Positions 10,271 to 20,747 of a stretch of 64,000 nucleotides of DNA are shown in pieces (positions within the stretch are counted from its first letter, which is position 1; every line of letters begins with the position of its first letter). Origin of the DNA: a virus. The DNA lies in IMG/VR virus record IMGVR_UViG_3300042691_023183, positions 62,839-126,838 of that record. One strand, 5' to 3'. Both the position numbers and the translations under genes were made by a program. Below the pieces are notes generated by a model that did no database searches, was not told the DNA's origin, and was given only the letters and a program-made list of their open reading frames with translations.

Positions 10271-11103
10271 TACACGTATATATTCTAACATATAATAATA
10301 ACCAAATCTTAAACGGATGGGCATTAAAATCATTACACGAATCAGAGTATGACCGTGATAAAGTCAAGGTTTTTGTAATAAACAATCACAGCAATATTGT
10401 TATTGAGGAACAATATAAACAAACTGTTACTGTATTAAACAATGTATTACGTCCAGATTTTTCAACTGGACATTTGGCCAGAAATTGGAATCAGGCAATA
10501 ATGAGAGGATTTGTTAATTTGAATAATCCTCAATGTGAATATGTTATCACATGTCATAACGATACCGTCTTCAAAAAAGACTGGTATAATAAATTAATGA
10601 AACATGCACGTATATACAACTATATTCAGTTAGGTGCTGGCGATCAATTTCAAATGTTTAGCCCAATTGCTGTAAAATATATTGGCATGAACGATGAACG
10701 ATTTTGTGGAAACGGTGTACAAGAAGCAGATTATTTGTTACGTGCCAGATTATATTTTGGACAACATTCGACTATTAATGACTATAGTCATGATCGAATT
10801 CATAATCCAATTGAAGAAAATGACGTGATCGAAACGACACCCCTTGGATGGCAACATTCAAAAGACATCCACGCATTGTATGTACGATTTCATCCGATTT
10901 GTTATACTATTTTTAAGAAAAAGTGGGGAATATCTCCTATCGAATGGAGTCGTTATGATGTTCCATTTGACAGTCTTGAACCACTAATTGATAACTATAT
11001 TTTATACCCATATTTTGAACGGGATATCATTACATTAAAACAACAAAAATACGTTTGTGAAGATACTTCGCTTGATGAAATTTGTAAACTAAGAACCAGA
11101 TGA
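10267..11103 (+). CDS. GT2-like glycosyltransferase
   Basis: YILTYN, VINN, LARNWN, HND, DERF...QEADY. Confidence 0.7.
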   Translation: MIHVYILTYNNNQILNGWALKSLHESEYDRDKVKVFVINNHSNIVIEEQYKQTVTVLNNVLRPDFSTGHLARNWNQAIMRGFVNLNNPQCEYVITCHNDTVFKKDWYNKLMKHARIYNYIQLGAGDQFQMFSPIAVKYIGMNDERFCGNGVQEADYLLRARLYFGQHSTINDYSHDRIHNPIEENDVIETTPLGWQHSKDIHALYVRFHPICYTIFKKKWGISPIEWSRYDVPFDSLEPLIDNYILYPYFERDIITLKQQKYVCEDTSLDEICKLRTR

Positions 11104-11561
11104 AACTCATATCACACAGAGGCAACTTACATGGACCAAATCCGGATAAAGAAAACCATCCAGATTACATTACCTCTGCATTAAAAGCTGGACATGATGT
11201 TGAAGTTGATGTATGGTATCAGAATAACAAGTGGTATTTGGGACATGATAACCCTGAATATCAGGTTAAGTATGATTTTCTAGCAGAACGTAAGTTTTGG
11301 CTACATGCCAAGAATGGAGATGCGTTTCACCTATTGTTACAAGATTTTACGTTGAATGTATTTTGGCACACCGATGAAGATTGGGTATTGACAAGTAAAC
11401 GATATATTTGGACTTATCCTACCAAACAATTATATCCTGAAAGCATCTGTGTAATGCCAGAACGGGGTTGGATGGGTGATCTTACAAAATGCTATGCAGT
11501 ATGTACTGACTTCGTAAAAGAATTTCCAGAACAGTTTGAACAAGAATATTGGCTAAATTAG
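11100..11561 (+). CDS. GDPD/PI-PLC-like phosphodiesterase (short)
   Basis: ISHRGN..ENHP, DVEVDVW, LGHD, WLHAKN, VCTDF. Confidence 0.8.
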   Translation: MKLISHRGNLHGPNPDKENHPDYITSALKAGHDVEVDVWYQNNKWYLGHDNPEYQVKYDFLAERKFWLHAKNGDAFHLLLQDFTLNVFWHTDEDWVLTSKRYIWTYPTKQLYPESICVMPERGWMGDLTKCYAVCTDFVKEFPEQFEQEYWLN

Positions 11562-11563
11562 TT

Positions 11564-12403
11564 ATGATTAACGTAAGTTTATATGATGGATCATTTGCAC
11601 ATGCATATTCGTGTTCAAATGGAGATTTGAATATTTTATCAAAACATGTACATTTTGATAGAGAAAATATACATGACATTGCGTTTTTTACGGATGGGTA
11701 TGTTACGTGTGATAGTATAGATAACCATAACCACAAACGAAAAATTGCGTGGTTATTGGAACCAAGATCTATTTTACCTGATTTGTATAGTTTTGATATA
11801 GACTGGAGTAAATTTGATTTTATTTTAACTCACGATAAACAGTTCATTAAAGACGTTCAATCGCATACAAATGCCAATGTGTATTGGTATCCTGTAGGAG
11901 GAACTTGGCTATATGAAAGTGATTGGGTCATATATCCAAAGACTAAAAACTTATCTATCATTGCGTCTGGAAAACGGGAAACTGTTGGTCACAAAATGAG
12001 ACACGATATTATTGATCGTTTTCGTAGTCATTTTGATGCAATACACGGACGTGGTTATCAATGTGTCGAATATAAATTTGAATCGTTGGCACCATATAGG
12101 TTTTCAACTATTATTGAAAACGCTCGTATAGATGACTATTTTAGTGAGAAACTTATTGATTGTCTACTGACGGGTACCATACCAATTTATTATGGAACCA
12201 ACAACATAGGAAATTATTTTGACACGAACGGTATGTTGTTGATCGATAACGTTGATTCGTTTAGTAATATAATTCCGATGTTAAACGAAGAGTATTATGA
12301 ATCCAAAATGGACATAATTCTTGAAAACTACAATCGTGCCAAAGAATACGTCAATACCGAAGACTGGATTTATAACAAGTATAAAGATATACTGTTTGTA
12401 TGA
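11564..12403 (+). CDS. GT10-like (fucosyltransferase-type) glycosyltransferase
   Basis: YRFSTIIEN..DDYFSEKLIDC..GTIPIYYG. Confidence 0.8.
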   Translation: MINVSLYDGSFAHAYSCSNGDLNILSKHVHFDRENIHDIAFFTDGYVTCDSIDNHNHKRKIAWLLEPRSILPDLYSFDIDWSKFDFILTHDKQFIKDVQSHTNANVYWYPVGGTWLYESDWVIYPKTKNLSIIASGKRETVGHKMRHDIIDRFRSHFDAIHGRGYQCVEYKFESLAPYRFSTIIENARIDDYFSEKLIDCLLTGTIPIYYGTNNIGNYFDTNGMLLIDNVDSFSNIIPMLNEEYYESKMDIILENYNRAKEYVNTEDWIYNKYKDILFV

Positions 12404-13098
12404 TTACAGATTTGTTTAACATACTGGATTCTGTTGAGATAATCAACCTTGATGAAAGAACTGATAGGTTTGATAGAATATCAACACATCTAAATAAAAT
12501 CGGATTTAACGGACGTTTTAATAGGTTTTCAGCTATAAAACGTGAACATACAGAACTTACACGTTCTGAGAATGCAAGACTTGGGTGTTTTTTAAGTCAT
12601 TGTAACGTGATTGAAAACGCTTATAATAAAAAACAAAAATATGTACTTGTTCTTGAAGATGACTGTGAATTTATAGAAAATAACATCAGATACTTCAATT
12701 TTCAGAGTCTATGTGAAACCATTCAAAATATTCAGTTTGATATGGTATATCTAGGAGCAACGTACTATCATTTAGAATCAACATCATTTTCACAGTTGGA
12801 TAAAGTTAAACCATATGGGTGTAATGCCGCGTTTTGCGTAATTATTAATATTCAGTCAATGTTTGAGAAAATAATTAATGAATACGTGGATGAAGATCAT
12901 ATTACAAATTTGGCAAAAAACAACCGTACAGATTATTCTAAAACCACGATTGATGGAGCATATAATTTTTTGAATCCGGTACGATATGCCACGGATCCAA
13001 TTCTAGCGACTCAATTTTCATCATTCAGTGATATAGAACAGGTTGACGTGTCGTATCCACTGGTAACCATGTGGAAAGATGCAAAATCGAAGATATAA
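12400..13098 (+). CDS. GT25 glycosyltransferase
   Basis: INLDERTDR, RFSAI, GCFLSH, VLVLEDD. Confidence 0.85.
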   Translation: MITDLFNILDSVEIINLDERTDRFDRISTHLNKIGFNGRFNRFSAIKREHTELTRSENARLGCFLSHCNVIENAYNKKQKYVLVLEDDCEFIENNIRYFNFQSLCETIQNIQFDMVYLGATYYHLESTSFSQLDKVKPYGCNAAFCVIINIQSMFEKIINEYVDEDHITNLAKNNRTDYSKTTIDGAYNFLNPVRYATDPILATQFSSFSDIEQVDVSYPLVTMWKDAKSKI

Positions 13099-13102
13099 AA
13101 AC

Positions 13103-13130
13103 TGGACATTTCAGGAAATCATAGTAAAGT
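13103..13130 (+). promoter_or_regulatory. sigma70-like promoter of clamp operon
   Basis: TGGACA-N16-TAAAGT in the intergenic gap. Confidence 0.4.
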
Positions 13131-13155
13131 ATAGGAACAATAAACGAAAAAAGTT

Positions 13156-13899
13156 ATGACAAAGACAAATCTACAAAAATTCATTAGCAAGTATTCTCTT
13201 AACGGAGAAGTAACCGCAGTTAAGTGGAATCTTTCCACCAAGGACAATCAGATCAGTCTGAGTGCCATCACAAACGACAAGAGTTTGGTTTATGATGTGA
13301 ACTGGAAGAATGTCGAAGGACTTTCTGCTGATTATGAGATTGGTGTGTATGATACCGATAAGTTGCAGAAGATGTTGAAGGCTCTTGGTGAGGATATTAC
13401 CATGACAGTTAATCAGAATGAGGGACGTGTGACTTCATTGTCATTTTCTGATGGTACTTCGGAAATTCAGTTTATGACCGCTGAGTTGACTGTGATTCCC
13501 AAGTCTTCACGATTGAAGGGTCAACCCGCGTACAACTTTGAAATCGATCTCACTAAGGATTTCATTGCCAAGTACCGTAGTGCCAAGGATGCGTTGTCTG
13601 ACGAATCCAAGTTCACCCTTCTCATGAACAAGAAGAGTAAGAAGGTTCAGTTGGTTATCGGATACGCTTCAATCAACAGCAATCGTGTGACTTTGGATGT
13701 TCCTATTAAGAGTGGAACTGCGAAGCTCGAGAAGTCGTTGAACTTCAACGCTGACTTCCTCAAGAGTGTGTTGGATGCTAACAACGAGTGTGAAAATGCG
13801 GTGTTGAAGGTTTCCGAGTCAGGATTGGCAACTGTTCAGTTCAGTACTGATGCCTTTGAAGCTGTTTATCATTTCGGTCCAGTTCAAGCTAACGACTAA
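13156..13899 (+). CDS. DNA sliding clamp (T4 gp45/PCNA-like)
   Basis: ~250 aa two-domain beta/alpha pattern, EIGVYD..L, directly upstream of clamp loader. Confidence 0.75.
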   Translation: MTKTNLQKFISKYSLNGEVTAVKWNLSTKDNQISLSAITNDKSLVYDVNWKNVEGLSADYEIGVYDTDKLQKMLKALGEDITMTVNQNEGRVTSLSFSDGTSEIQFMTAELTVIPKSSRLKGQPAYNFEIDLTKDFIAKYRSAKDALSDESKFTLLMNKKSKKVQLVIGYASINSNRVTLDVPIKSGTAKLEKSLNFNADFLKSVLDANNECENAVLKVSESGLATVQFSTDAFEAVYHFGPVQAND

Positions 13900-13904
13900 G
13901 TATT

Positions 13905-14873
13905 ATGGATGCCTTTTTTGAAGAGGTTAGTCACACCAACGATGAAAAGGTTCATAGTTTGTGGGTCGAGAAGTATCGACCCACAACCCTTGAAAACTAT
14001 ATCGGTAATGAGAACATTATCACGACTATCAAGTCGTATATTGATCAACAGAACATTCCTCATTTGATGTTGTATGGTGGTGCGGGTACTGGCAAGACTA
14101 CTCTTGCTAAACTTCTTACCAAACAAATCAATTGTGATGTTTTGTATATCAATGCGTCTGATGAAAACAAGGTTGATAACGTTCGAACCAAGATCAAGAC
14201 TTTTGCGTCTTGTGTGGGTATCAAACCGTTGAAGGTTATCATTCTTGACGAGTGTGATTATATGTCACCTGAGGCACAAGCGGCTCTTCGTAACCTGATG
14301 GAGACGTTTAGTATGTCTACAAGGTTCATTCTTACGTGTAACTATCATGAGAAGATGATTCTTCCGATTGTGTCACGTTGTATGACTTTTGAGATTGCTC
14401 CGATGACTAAGGTTTCGGTGGCAGTTCATATGACCAAGATTCTTAAGACTGAGAATGTTGAGTATCAGAATGATGACTTGGCTTATATTGTTAACACGTA
14501 CTATCCTGATATTCGTAAGATTATCAATGTGACACAACAGTCTACCTTTGAAGGTAAGTTGAAAATCAATAAGGAGTCATCCTTAAAGACTGATACTCAC
14601 CAAAAGTTGATTGACATGATCAAGAGTGGTATTGGTAAGCCTACTGCGTTCAATGAGATCCGACAGTTTCTTGCGGATCAACGTATTAAGGTGTACGATG
14701 ATTACTTTGCGGTTCTATACCAGAAGGTAGATGAATACGCTAACGGTAAACAAGCGATTGCTACAATCATCATTTCGGAATATATGTATCAGTGTAGTTT
14801 GTTGATTCCTCCTTTGAAGGAGATTGCGTTGATGGCGTGTATCAGCAAACTTCTGAACGATTTACGAAAATGA
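13905..14873 (+). CDS. Clamp loader ATPase (T4 gp44/RFC small subunit)
   Basis: LWVEKYRP, GGAGTGKTT, INASDE, ILDECD, SRC. Confidence 0.95.
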   Translation: MDAFFEEVSHTNDEKVHSLWVEKYRPTTLENYIGNENIITTIKSYIDQQNIPHLMLYGGAGTGKTTLAKLLTKQINCDVLYINASDENKVDNVRTKIKTFASCVGIKPLKVIILDECDYMSPEAQAALRNLMETFSMSTRFILTCNYHEKMILPIVSRCMTFEIAPMTKVSVAVHMTKILKTENVEYQNDDLAYIVNTYYPDIRKIINVTQQSTFEGKLKINKESSLKTDTHQKLIDMIKSGIGKPTAFNEIRQFLADQRIKVYDDYFAVLYQKVDEYANGKQAIATIIISEYMYQCSLLIPPLKEIALMACISKLLNDLRK

Positions 14874-15058
14874 AACCGATTGAGTTAATTACAAAAACGT
14901 TTGGCAAACGTCCTTGGTATAATAGGTTGGAAAATGGGTTAAATAAACGTGAGTTTATTATATATGCTAATTACTATCCATATACTGAGGACGGCAAAGT
15001 GTATGACTTTGCCAAATCAAATAAAATTAAAATAAGTATACGACCATTGGGTGGTTAA
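14870..15058 (+). CDS. Small hypothetical protein (paralog of 15441..15644)
   Basis: ATGA overlap with clamp loader; shares GK.W / IxANYYP motif. Confidence 0.6.
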   Translation: MKPIELITKTFGKRPWYNRLENGLNKREFIIYANYYPYTEDGKVYDFAKSNKIKISIRPLGG

Positions 15059-15076
15059 TATATATAACCACAAAAT

Positions 15077-15448
15077 ATGGTTACAATCAGTGTCGATGAA
15101 GGTTATGCGTTTGATATCTTGACTATTTTTCAAGTCAAGATACATAATTGTACTGATCCAGTTAAACTTGAAACGAGTAAACGTGGATTTTCCATGCTTT
15201 ATGAAGAATTGAAAGTCCAATTGGGTCAAGACAAGTTATCTGAAATATTAAACTCAAAAGAGTATGATGACTTGTATGCAGAAAATCAAACAACGTTTGT
15301 GTTGGTTGATGCAATTCGTTCTAGTAATGAAGTTTCAATTGGTAAAGACATTGATAATACTAATTTAGCACGTTTCGACTGCAAGCGTCGTTTGCAGTCG
15401 AAATTTTTTAATTCACAGATGGTAGAAACCAAAACAAAACATGAATAA
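15077..15448 (+). CDS. Hypothetical helical protein (DUF6165-like)
   Basis: ISVDEG..FD.LTI..VK, L...N...F...D.IR, N..R...K pattern. Confidence 0.55.
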   Translation: MVTISVDEGYAFDILTIFQVKIHNCTDPVKLETSKRGFSMLYEELKVQLGQDKLSEILNSKEYDDLYAENQTTFVLVDAIRSSNEVSIGKDIDNTNLARFDCKRRLQSKFFNSQMVETKTKHE

Positions 15449-15644
15449 ACGTCAAATTCTTAAAGAGGTGTGGGATAATTGGGCCGGTAAAGAGTGGTTC
15501 AAGTATGCTAATTATGAAAATGAACAATCAAACAAGATTGTGATTCAAGCAAACTATTATCCTACGTTAGAAATGCCACAGTTTAGAATCTTTATGGGTA
15601 AATATCCTGAGATTCAATATGAGGTAACATATCCAAGAGGTTAA
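15441..15644 (+). CDS. Small hypothetical protein (paralog of 14870..15058)
   Basis: GKEWF...IVIQANYYP. Confidence 0.6.
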   Translation: MNKRQILKEVWDNWAGKEWFKYANYENEQSNKIVIQANYYPTLEMPQFRIFMGKYPEIQYEVTYPRG

Positions 15645-15647
15645 TTT

Positions 15648-16208
15648 ATGGGTATGTATGATGACATAGTGTGTAAGTATCCTCTTCCTTTACCGGAGGA
15701 TCCCAAGGGGTATGTACAAGATCGTTTTCAGACCAAAGATCTTGAAAACTTATTGAATCTTTATGAGATTCGTGAGGATGGCACATTGTGGTTGTATGAA
15801 TCGGAACATGTATGTACTGATGTTGATCCTGATGGGTGGCCAATTGTTGTAGAAAAAAATAAACGTTGGTCATTCGTTAAAACAACCCGATGTATATCAA
15901 TGTATGATTACCAACGTTCAAATGGTGATTATGATTATAGTATTGAGTATGAGATTGTTTTTATTGATGGTGTGATAGACGAAATCAAACTTATAAAGTT
16001 TGAAACGTTTGATAATACTATACGAAAAGAAAACGACAGAATGTTTATTGAAGAACTCAAACTTAGAAAGAAGTTTGAATCAACGTTAAGGTACAGGTTA
16101 ATTTATCGGTGGTATAATAAGTCTATTTATAAGGTCTCTATGTGGTTAAATCTTTTTGGAAATAGATTATCAAGTGTGTCATTTAAGTTACATAAGTTTA
16201 CTGTATGA
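15648..16208 (+). CDS. Conserved phage hypothetical protein
   Basis: MGMYD.I.C..PLP, FQTKDL...L..Y.I..DG.L motif. Confidence 0.65.
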   Translation: MGMYDDIVCKYPLPLPEDPKGYVQDRFQTKDLENLLNLYEIREDGTLWLYESEHVCTDVDPDGWPIVVEKNKRWSFVKTTRCISMYDYQRSNGDYDYSIEYEIVFIDGVIDEIKLIKFETFDNTIRKENDRMFIEELKLRKKFESTLRYRLIYRWYNKSIYKVSMWLNLFGNRLSSVSFKLHKFTV

Positions 16209-16762
16209 ATAAAGATCAGTTTAACATTTTGCCAAATTATATTAATAAGAAGTTGGAAGTCAGTGAAGTAAAACAAGAACTAAAGTCAGTTAATATAAAA
16301 AGCACAGATGTGCCCGATTTATCAATTGATACAAAAATATCAAATGATGATTGGGTTATTTATTTAAACGGCAAGTATAATTATGAATATCCCAGTAAAA
16401 AGTTTTGGTGTAAACCTCAATTTGTTATTCGTCCACAACTTCCAAAAACCGTATTCAAATATTTGTTTTTGACTTTATCGATACCCGATGTTGAAAATAA
16501 TAAAATAACTGTAAAAAATCGTGATGAATTATTGTTTGAAAGTAGTAATGTTAATCAAGATATTGACATAATTTTAAAATACAAAAATGAATATACTTTC
16601 AACAGTTTGCCATTTACTCCTCAAAACTCCGAAGATAAACGAGTTCTGGGATCTTATATTGCAAGTATAAAAATAGTAGACAACGATAATTTCACATATC
16701 CAATATCATTAAGAAATATAGTCGTATTCGACTGTAATAGAATGTCTCAATTCATTGTATGA
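16205..16762 (+). CDS. Hypothetical beta-sandwich protein (glycan-associated)
   Basis: EDKRVLG motif shared with an internal domain of the next gene. Confidence 0.55.
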   Translation: MNKDQFNILPNYINKKLEVSEVKQELKSVNIKSTDVPDLSIDTKISNDDWVIYLNGKYNYEYPSKKFWCKPQFVIRPQLPKTVFKYLFLTLSIPDVENNKITVKNRDELLFESSNVNQDIDIILKYKNEYTFNSLPFTPQNSEDKRVLGSYIASIKIVDNDNFTYPISLRNIVVFDCNRMSQFIV

Positions 16763-19347
16763 AAAAACTTAATATATTATTCATTTCAAATAGTGTATCT
16801 AAAACTGGTGCTCCTAAGATGTTGGAGTTGTTATTGAATTATATAAAGAAACACAAAGCTGATAAGTATACTGTTTATGTTGCGAGCGTATTAGAATCAG
16901 AAATTAAAGTAGAAGATAAAACGTATTGGGAAAGAAACTATAACTGTTTCTTTTTACGTCCAGTTTATAACATTAATGAATTAAAAACTTCTGAAGTACC
17001 GATTCTGTTTAATTTGATAGATATTGATATTGTTTATGGAAATTGTACTTGTACACTTCCATATCTTTACTTGTTTAAAAAATGTAATTCTAACATTAAA
17101 ACGATTTTACATTTACACGAACACGCAAATGGATTTCAAATGTCAAGAATGAAGTTTGGCGAATACACAGAATCATTGTTTCATCATGTTGACGAATTTA
17201 TCACTGTATGTAAATATCAAATTTCTGCACTTCAACAATTCAATATACCTCTAAAGAAACAACTTCATGTGTCAGAAATGATTGATGTTGATGTTATAGA
17301 ACAACTTGTTTCTACCAATCCTCCGTTTAATATAAAACAGAAAGTTAGAATTATTGGATGTGGAACAGGCGGTAGTCGTAAAGGAATTGATAGGTTCATC
17401 GAAATATCTAACAGATTTGATCCAAATATTTTTGAGTTTATATGGATTGGCGACGTACCTGTCAAGGACGACAAGGTGTTTTTAGAAGGACATGGTGTAT
17501 TTGAAGATTACCACGTTGATATCGGTAATGTAAAGTTTATTGGTCAAATTTCGGTACCATCTACATATTTTACAAATTCAAATATATTCTTGATGTTATC
17601 AAGACAAGATCCATGTCCTCTTGTAGTTTTAGAAGCGTTATACATGGGTATGTTTGTAGTTACCATTGAAGAAAGTGGAGATTCTCACATTTACTGTACT
17701 CAATATGATGAAATATTGAAAAAGTATGACGCTGATGATGTATTTACATCTATAAATCGAATTTTAGAAAAAAGGAAAGATCTTAATATAATCAATGAAA
17801 AACGGAATTACTACAAGATTCTTAAAAACATAGTTAGTCCAAACATTGTATCTGACAAAATTATAAAGTTAATTGAAAATGACTATCCGATTGTGACAAT
17901 TAAAAATTTCAATGATTTTGAAGGCGAAAATAACTCAGTAGTGTGGACCAAAGATACTTCAACTATTACGTTTAATAAACCTTGTAAAAAGTTAGATTTA
18001 AAAATTCAAAATACTTTTCAAACTGCACACACTATTGACTTTGTTTTTGACACCAAAGTAAAATCGTTATTGATTCCCCCTGATGTGTTTCATTATGATG
18101 TATCGTTTGATATATCCAACGTTAAAACGGTAACAATCAATTCAAAAGTTTATCCGTGCACAGAAGACAAACGTGTTCTTGGAACGCATTTGTTGTCGAT
18201 GAAAGTTGATGGGGTTATAATTGATAAAAACATTTTCAAATCAATTGATGTTAAATCAGAGTATCATGACGAAAATGTCAATTACTCTCCGTTTAACAAG
18301 TCAGATAAAATTGTATTTGCATGTATTGATGGAACATCTGGTTATGGCGTTTTGGCAAGAGAGACTGTGTTAAATTTACGTAATTCTGGGTATAAGGTAA
18401 ATTATCTTCCATTCGTTTTTGAAAAGTCACTGGGTGGACACAATCAAGATTTGCTTCTAAATGATTTTGATGAATCTCAGGCAACTTGTTATATCTTGAA
18501 TTTTCCTCCACATATATTGGAATATGTATACAATTATTTGTTGGGTGGTCGTTGTAAAGGTAAGAAAACTATATCGTTTCCTTTGTGGGAATCTGAATAT
18601 ATCAAGAAAGAATATGTTGATCAGATAAACAGATTTTCATCGTCTGTAATTGTCTCATCAGAGTGGAACAAAAACACTATGAGACAATGTGGCGTTATTA
18701 AAGACATACAAGTTATGTATCATAAACCCATATTGCCACCGTTGAGAACAAAAAATGAAGTTATCAACTTTGTTTATCAAAACTCAAAAGTATTTGGTCA
18801 ACCAAAAGACTTAATAACAACAAAGAATTTTTATTCTATTGGACAATGGACGTGTCGTAAAGGAATAACCGAGGTACTTGAATCTTTTTGTCAATCTTTT
18901 ACAAATAACGATAATACCGCATTGATTCTAAAAACTCATTATGTTTCACATGATGAAACAAGTGTGACAACATGTGTTGATAGAATAAATGACATATTGA
19001 AAAGATATCCAAATCATCCAACGATTTATTATATCTATGTTAATTTGTTGGATGTTGATATGATGAATATTCATTTTTGTGGAGATGTGTATGTGTCTGC
19101 TACAAAGTCTGAAGGCATTGGTTTAGGAGCAATTACTGCGTCTGCATATAATAAACCTGTAATAATAACAAAATATGGTGCTCAATATGAATATTTAAAG
19201 AATGATCCAAATGTGAAGTTTGTATCATATACGCTACATCCAGCGAAAGATGACTTATCGTTTAATTTGGATTTGTCAAATCAATTGTGGGCACATCCGG
19301 ATATATCTGATATGGTAGATAAAATGAAAATGGTATACAAATTATGA
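16759..19347 (+). CDS. Double GT4 glycosyltransferase with internal beta domain
   Basis: Two GT-B units: RKG..DPCPLVVLEA and RKG..EGIGLGAITA. Confidence 0.85.
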   Translation: MKKLNILFISNSVSKTGAPKMLELLLNYIKKHKADKYTVYVASVLESEIKVEDKTYWERNYNCFFLRPVYNINELKTSEVPILFNLIDIDIVYGNCTCTLPYLYLFKKCNSNIKTILHLHEHANGFQMSRMKFGEYTESLFHHVDEFITVCKYQISALQQFNIPLKKQLHVSEMIDVDVIEQLVSTNPPFNIKQKVRIIGCGTGGSRKGIDRFIEISNRFDPNIFEFIWIGDVPVKDDKVFLEGHGVFEDYHVDIGNVKFIGQISVPSTYFTNSNIFLMLSRQDPCPLVVLEALYMGMFVVTIEESGDSHIYCTQYDEILKKYDADDVFTSINRILEKRKDLNIINEKRNYYKILKNIVSPNIVSDKIIKLIENDYPIVTIKNFNDFEGENNSVVWTKDTSTITFNKPCKKLDLKIQNTFQTAHTIDFVFDTKVKSLLIPPDVFHYDVSFDISNVKTVTINSKVYPCTEDKRVLGTHLLSMKVDGVIIDKNIFKSIDVKSEYHDENVNYSPFNKSDKIVFACIDGTSGYGVLARETVLNLRNSGYKVNYLPFVFEKSLGGHNQDLLLNDFDESQATCYILNFPPHILEYVYNYLLGGRCKGKKTISFPLWESEYIKKEYVDQINRFSSSVIVSSEWNKNTMRQCGVIKDIQVMYHKPILPPLRTKNEVINFVYQNSKVFGQPKDLITTKNFYSIGQWTCRKGITEVLESFCQSFTNNDNTALILKTHYVSHDETSVTTCVDRINDILKRYPNHPTIYYIYVNLLDVDMMNIHFCGDVYVSATKSEGIGLGAITASAYNKPVIITKYGAQYEYLKNDPNVKFVSYTLHPAKDDLSFNLDLSNQLWAHPDISDMVDKMKMVYKL

Positions 19348-20069
19348 AAACAATTTCTGTGACAGTTGTAGGCAGACCGGAATTTCTAACTCAATTTATT
19401 GAATGTCTTAGAAAGGTTAATAAACGAAATGAATATGTTTTATATGTTGCAGTAGAACCAACCACAAATGAAGTATACGACTTGATAGAATCCATCGATT
19501 TCATGGAGAAAAAAGTCATTTATAACTCTAAGGTATTGGGTGTATTTGACAATCCGTATCATTTATTATCTACAGTTTTTAATGATGGTGCGGAACATAA
19601 CATTTATTTAGAGGAAGACTTACTATTCTCACAGGATATCACTGATTTGAGTGAATGGATGATTTCTAATTTTAGTGACCGTGATTATTCACATTTTAGT
19701 ATGTATATGCACTCTTTAAGTTCTAAATGGAAATGTCCTGACATAAAGTATATACGTGAACGTCATGATTCTGTATTTAGTCCACTTGGATTTACTTTAA
19801 CGAAGTATCAATGGAACAGTCATTTTAAACCTAATTGGCATATTAACAAAGATGGTTGGGATTTTTCGATATTACAATACATTAAATCACATGGGTTTAA
19901 GAATATTGAACCTCATGTATCACGTACAAAACACATAGGTCATTATGGTACAAACTGTGTATTTGAATCAAAACAAGCTCACGATGACATGTATAATGTT
20001 AATTATTATGATGGACCCAAACCAGAATATTATGTACTGAGTGATGAACCAGTAGTTCAGTTACAGTGA
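19344..20069 (+). CDS. GT-A glycosyltransferase
   Basis: RPEFL, IYLEED, GWD, SRTKHIG. Confidence 0.75.
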   Translation: MKTISVTVVGRPEFLTQFIECLRKVNKRNEYVLYVAVEPTTNEVYDLIESIDFMEKKVIYNSKVLGVFDNPYHLLSTVFNDGAEHNIYLEEDLLFSQDITDLSEWMISNFSDRDYSHFSMYMHSLSSKWKCPDIKYIRERHDSVFSPLGFTLTKYQWNSHFKPNWHINKDGWDFSILQYIKSHGFKNIEPHVSRTKHIGHYGTNCVFESKQAHDDMYNVNYYDGPKPEYYVLSDEPVVQLQ

Positions 20070-20728
20070 TATGATATAAGTTCGTGATTGTTTTTATCAA
20101 TCGGAGATATGTGGTGTTTTAAGAATATGTTTGTTAGTATACTTTGATCATGACGGTGATCTCTAAATCCATCAAAGTTTGGTTCTCCACATATGTTAGG
20201 AAGATCTGTTACAATTTTTTCATTTTGACAGTGTTGTAACCATTCTGTAATTATTTGAACTGCGACTGGACTATTTTTCACTCCTATTAGTCCTGCTTCT
20301 AATTGGGTTGAATTGTGATATTTTGGTTCATCACAGTTCATTAAAATAAAACAATCACGTTTAGTCCAATGACGATGCAAATGACACATGTCGAATACAA
20401 ATAAATGATTGGTTTGCATGTGTTCTATAAAAACTTCAAAGAACTTTGAACTCACCATATCTTGAGAGTCCATATAGACCAACAATTCGTTTGGTTCTAA
20501 CTTTGTCATTTCTTGTAGAATAAAGTATGGTTTCCACAACCAATATCCATATCCTCTTTTGTATTTGAAGATATGTTTATTATCTTGTTTAAACTTTTCG
20601 TCAATATCGTGTTCATTTTTTTGTATGTGATGAACCGGATATATTTCTAGTATTTTTTCATTCAATCTTTGACGAAAAGGTTCGTATGCTTCTGTAGCGA
20701 AGGTTATGATTTTTATCTTTAATGACAT
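20057..20728 (-). CDS. Putative glycosyltransferase
   Basis: RGYGYWLWKP, YMDS, HRHDQS. Confidence 0.7.
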   Translation of the reverse strand: MSLKIKIITFATEAYEPFRQRLNEKILEIYPVHHIQKNEHDIDEKFKQDNKHIFKYKRGYGYWLWKPYFILQEMTKLEPNELLVYMDSQDMVSSKFFEVFIEHMQTNHLFVFDMCHLHRHWTKRDCFILMNCDEPKYHNSTQLEAGLIGVKNSPVAVQIITEWLQHCQNEKIVTDLPNICGEPNFDGFRDHRHDQSILTNIFLKHHISPIDKNNHELISYHCN

Positions 20729-20747
20729 GTATCAATATATATTTACA

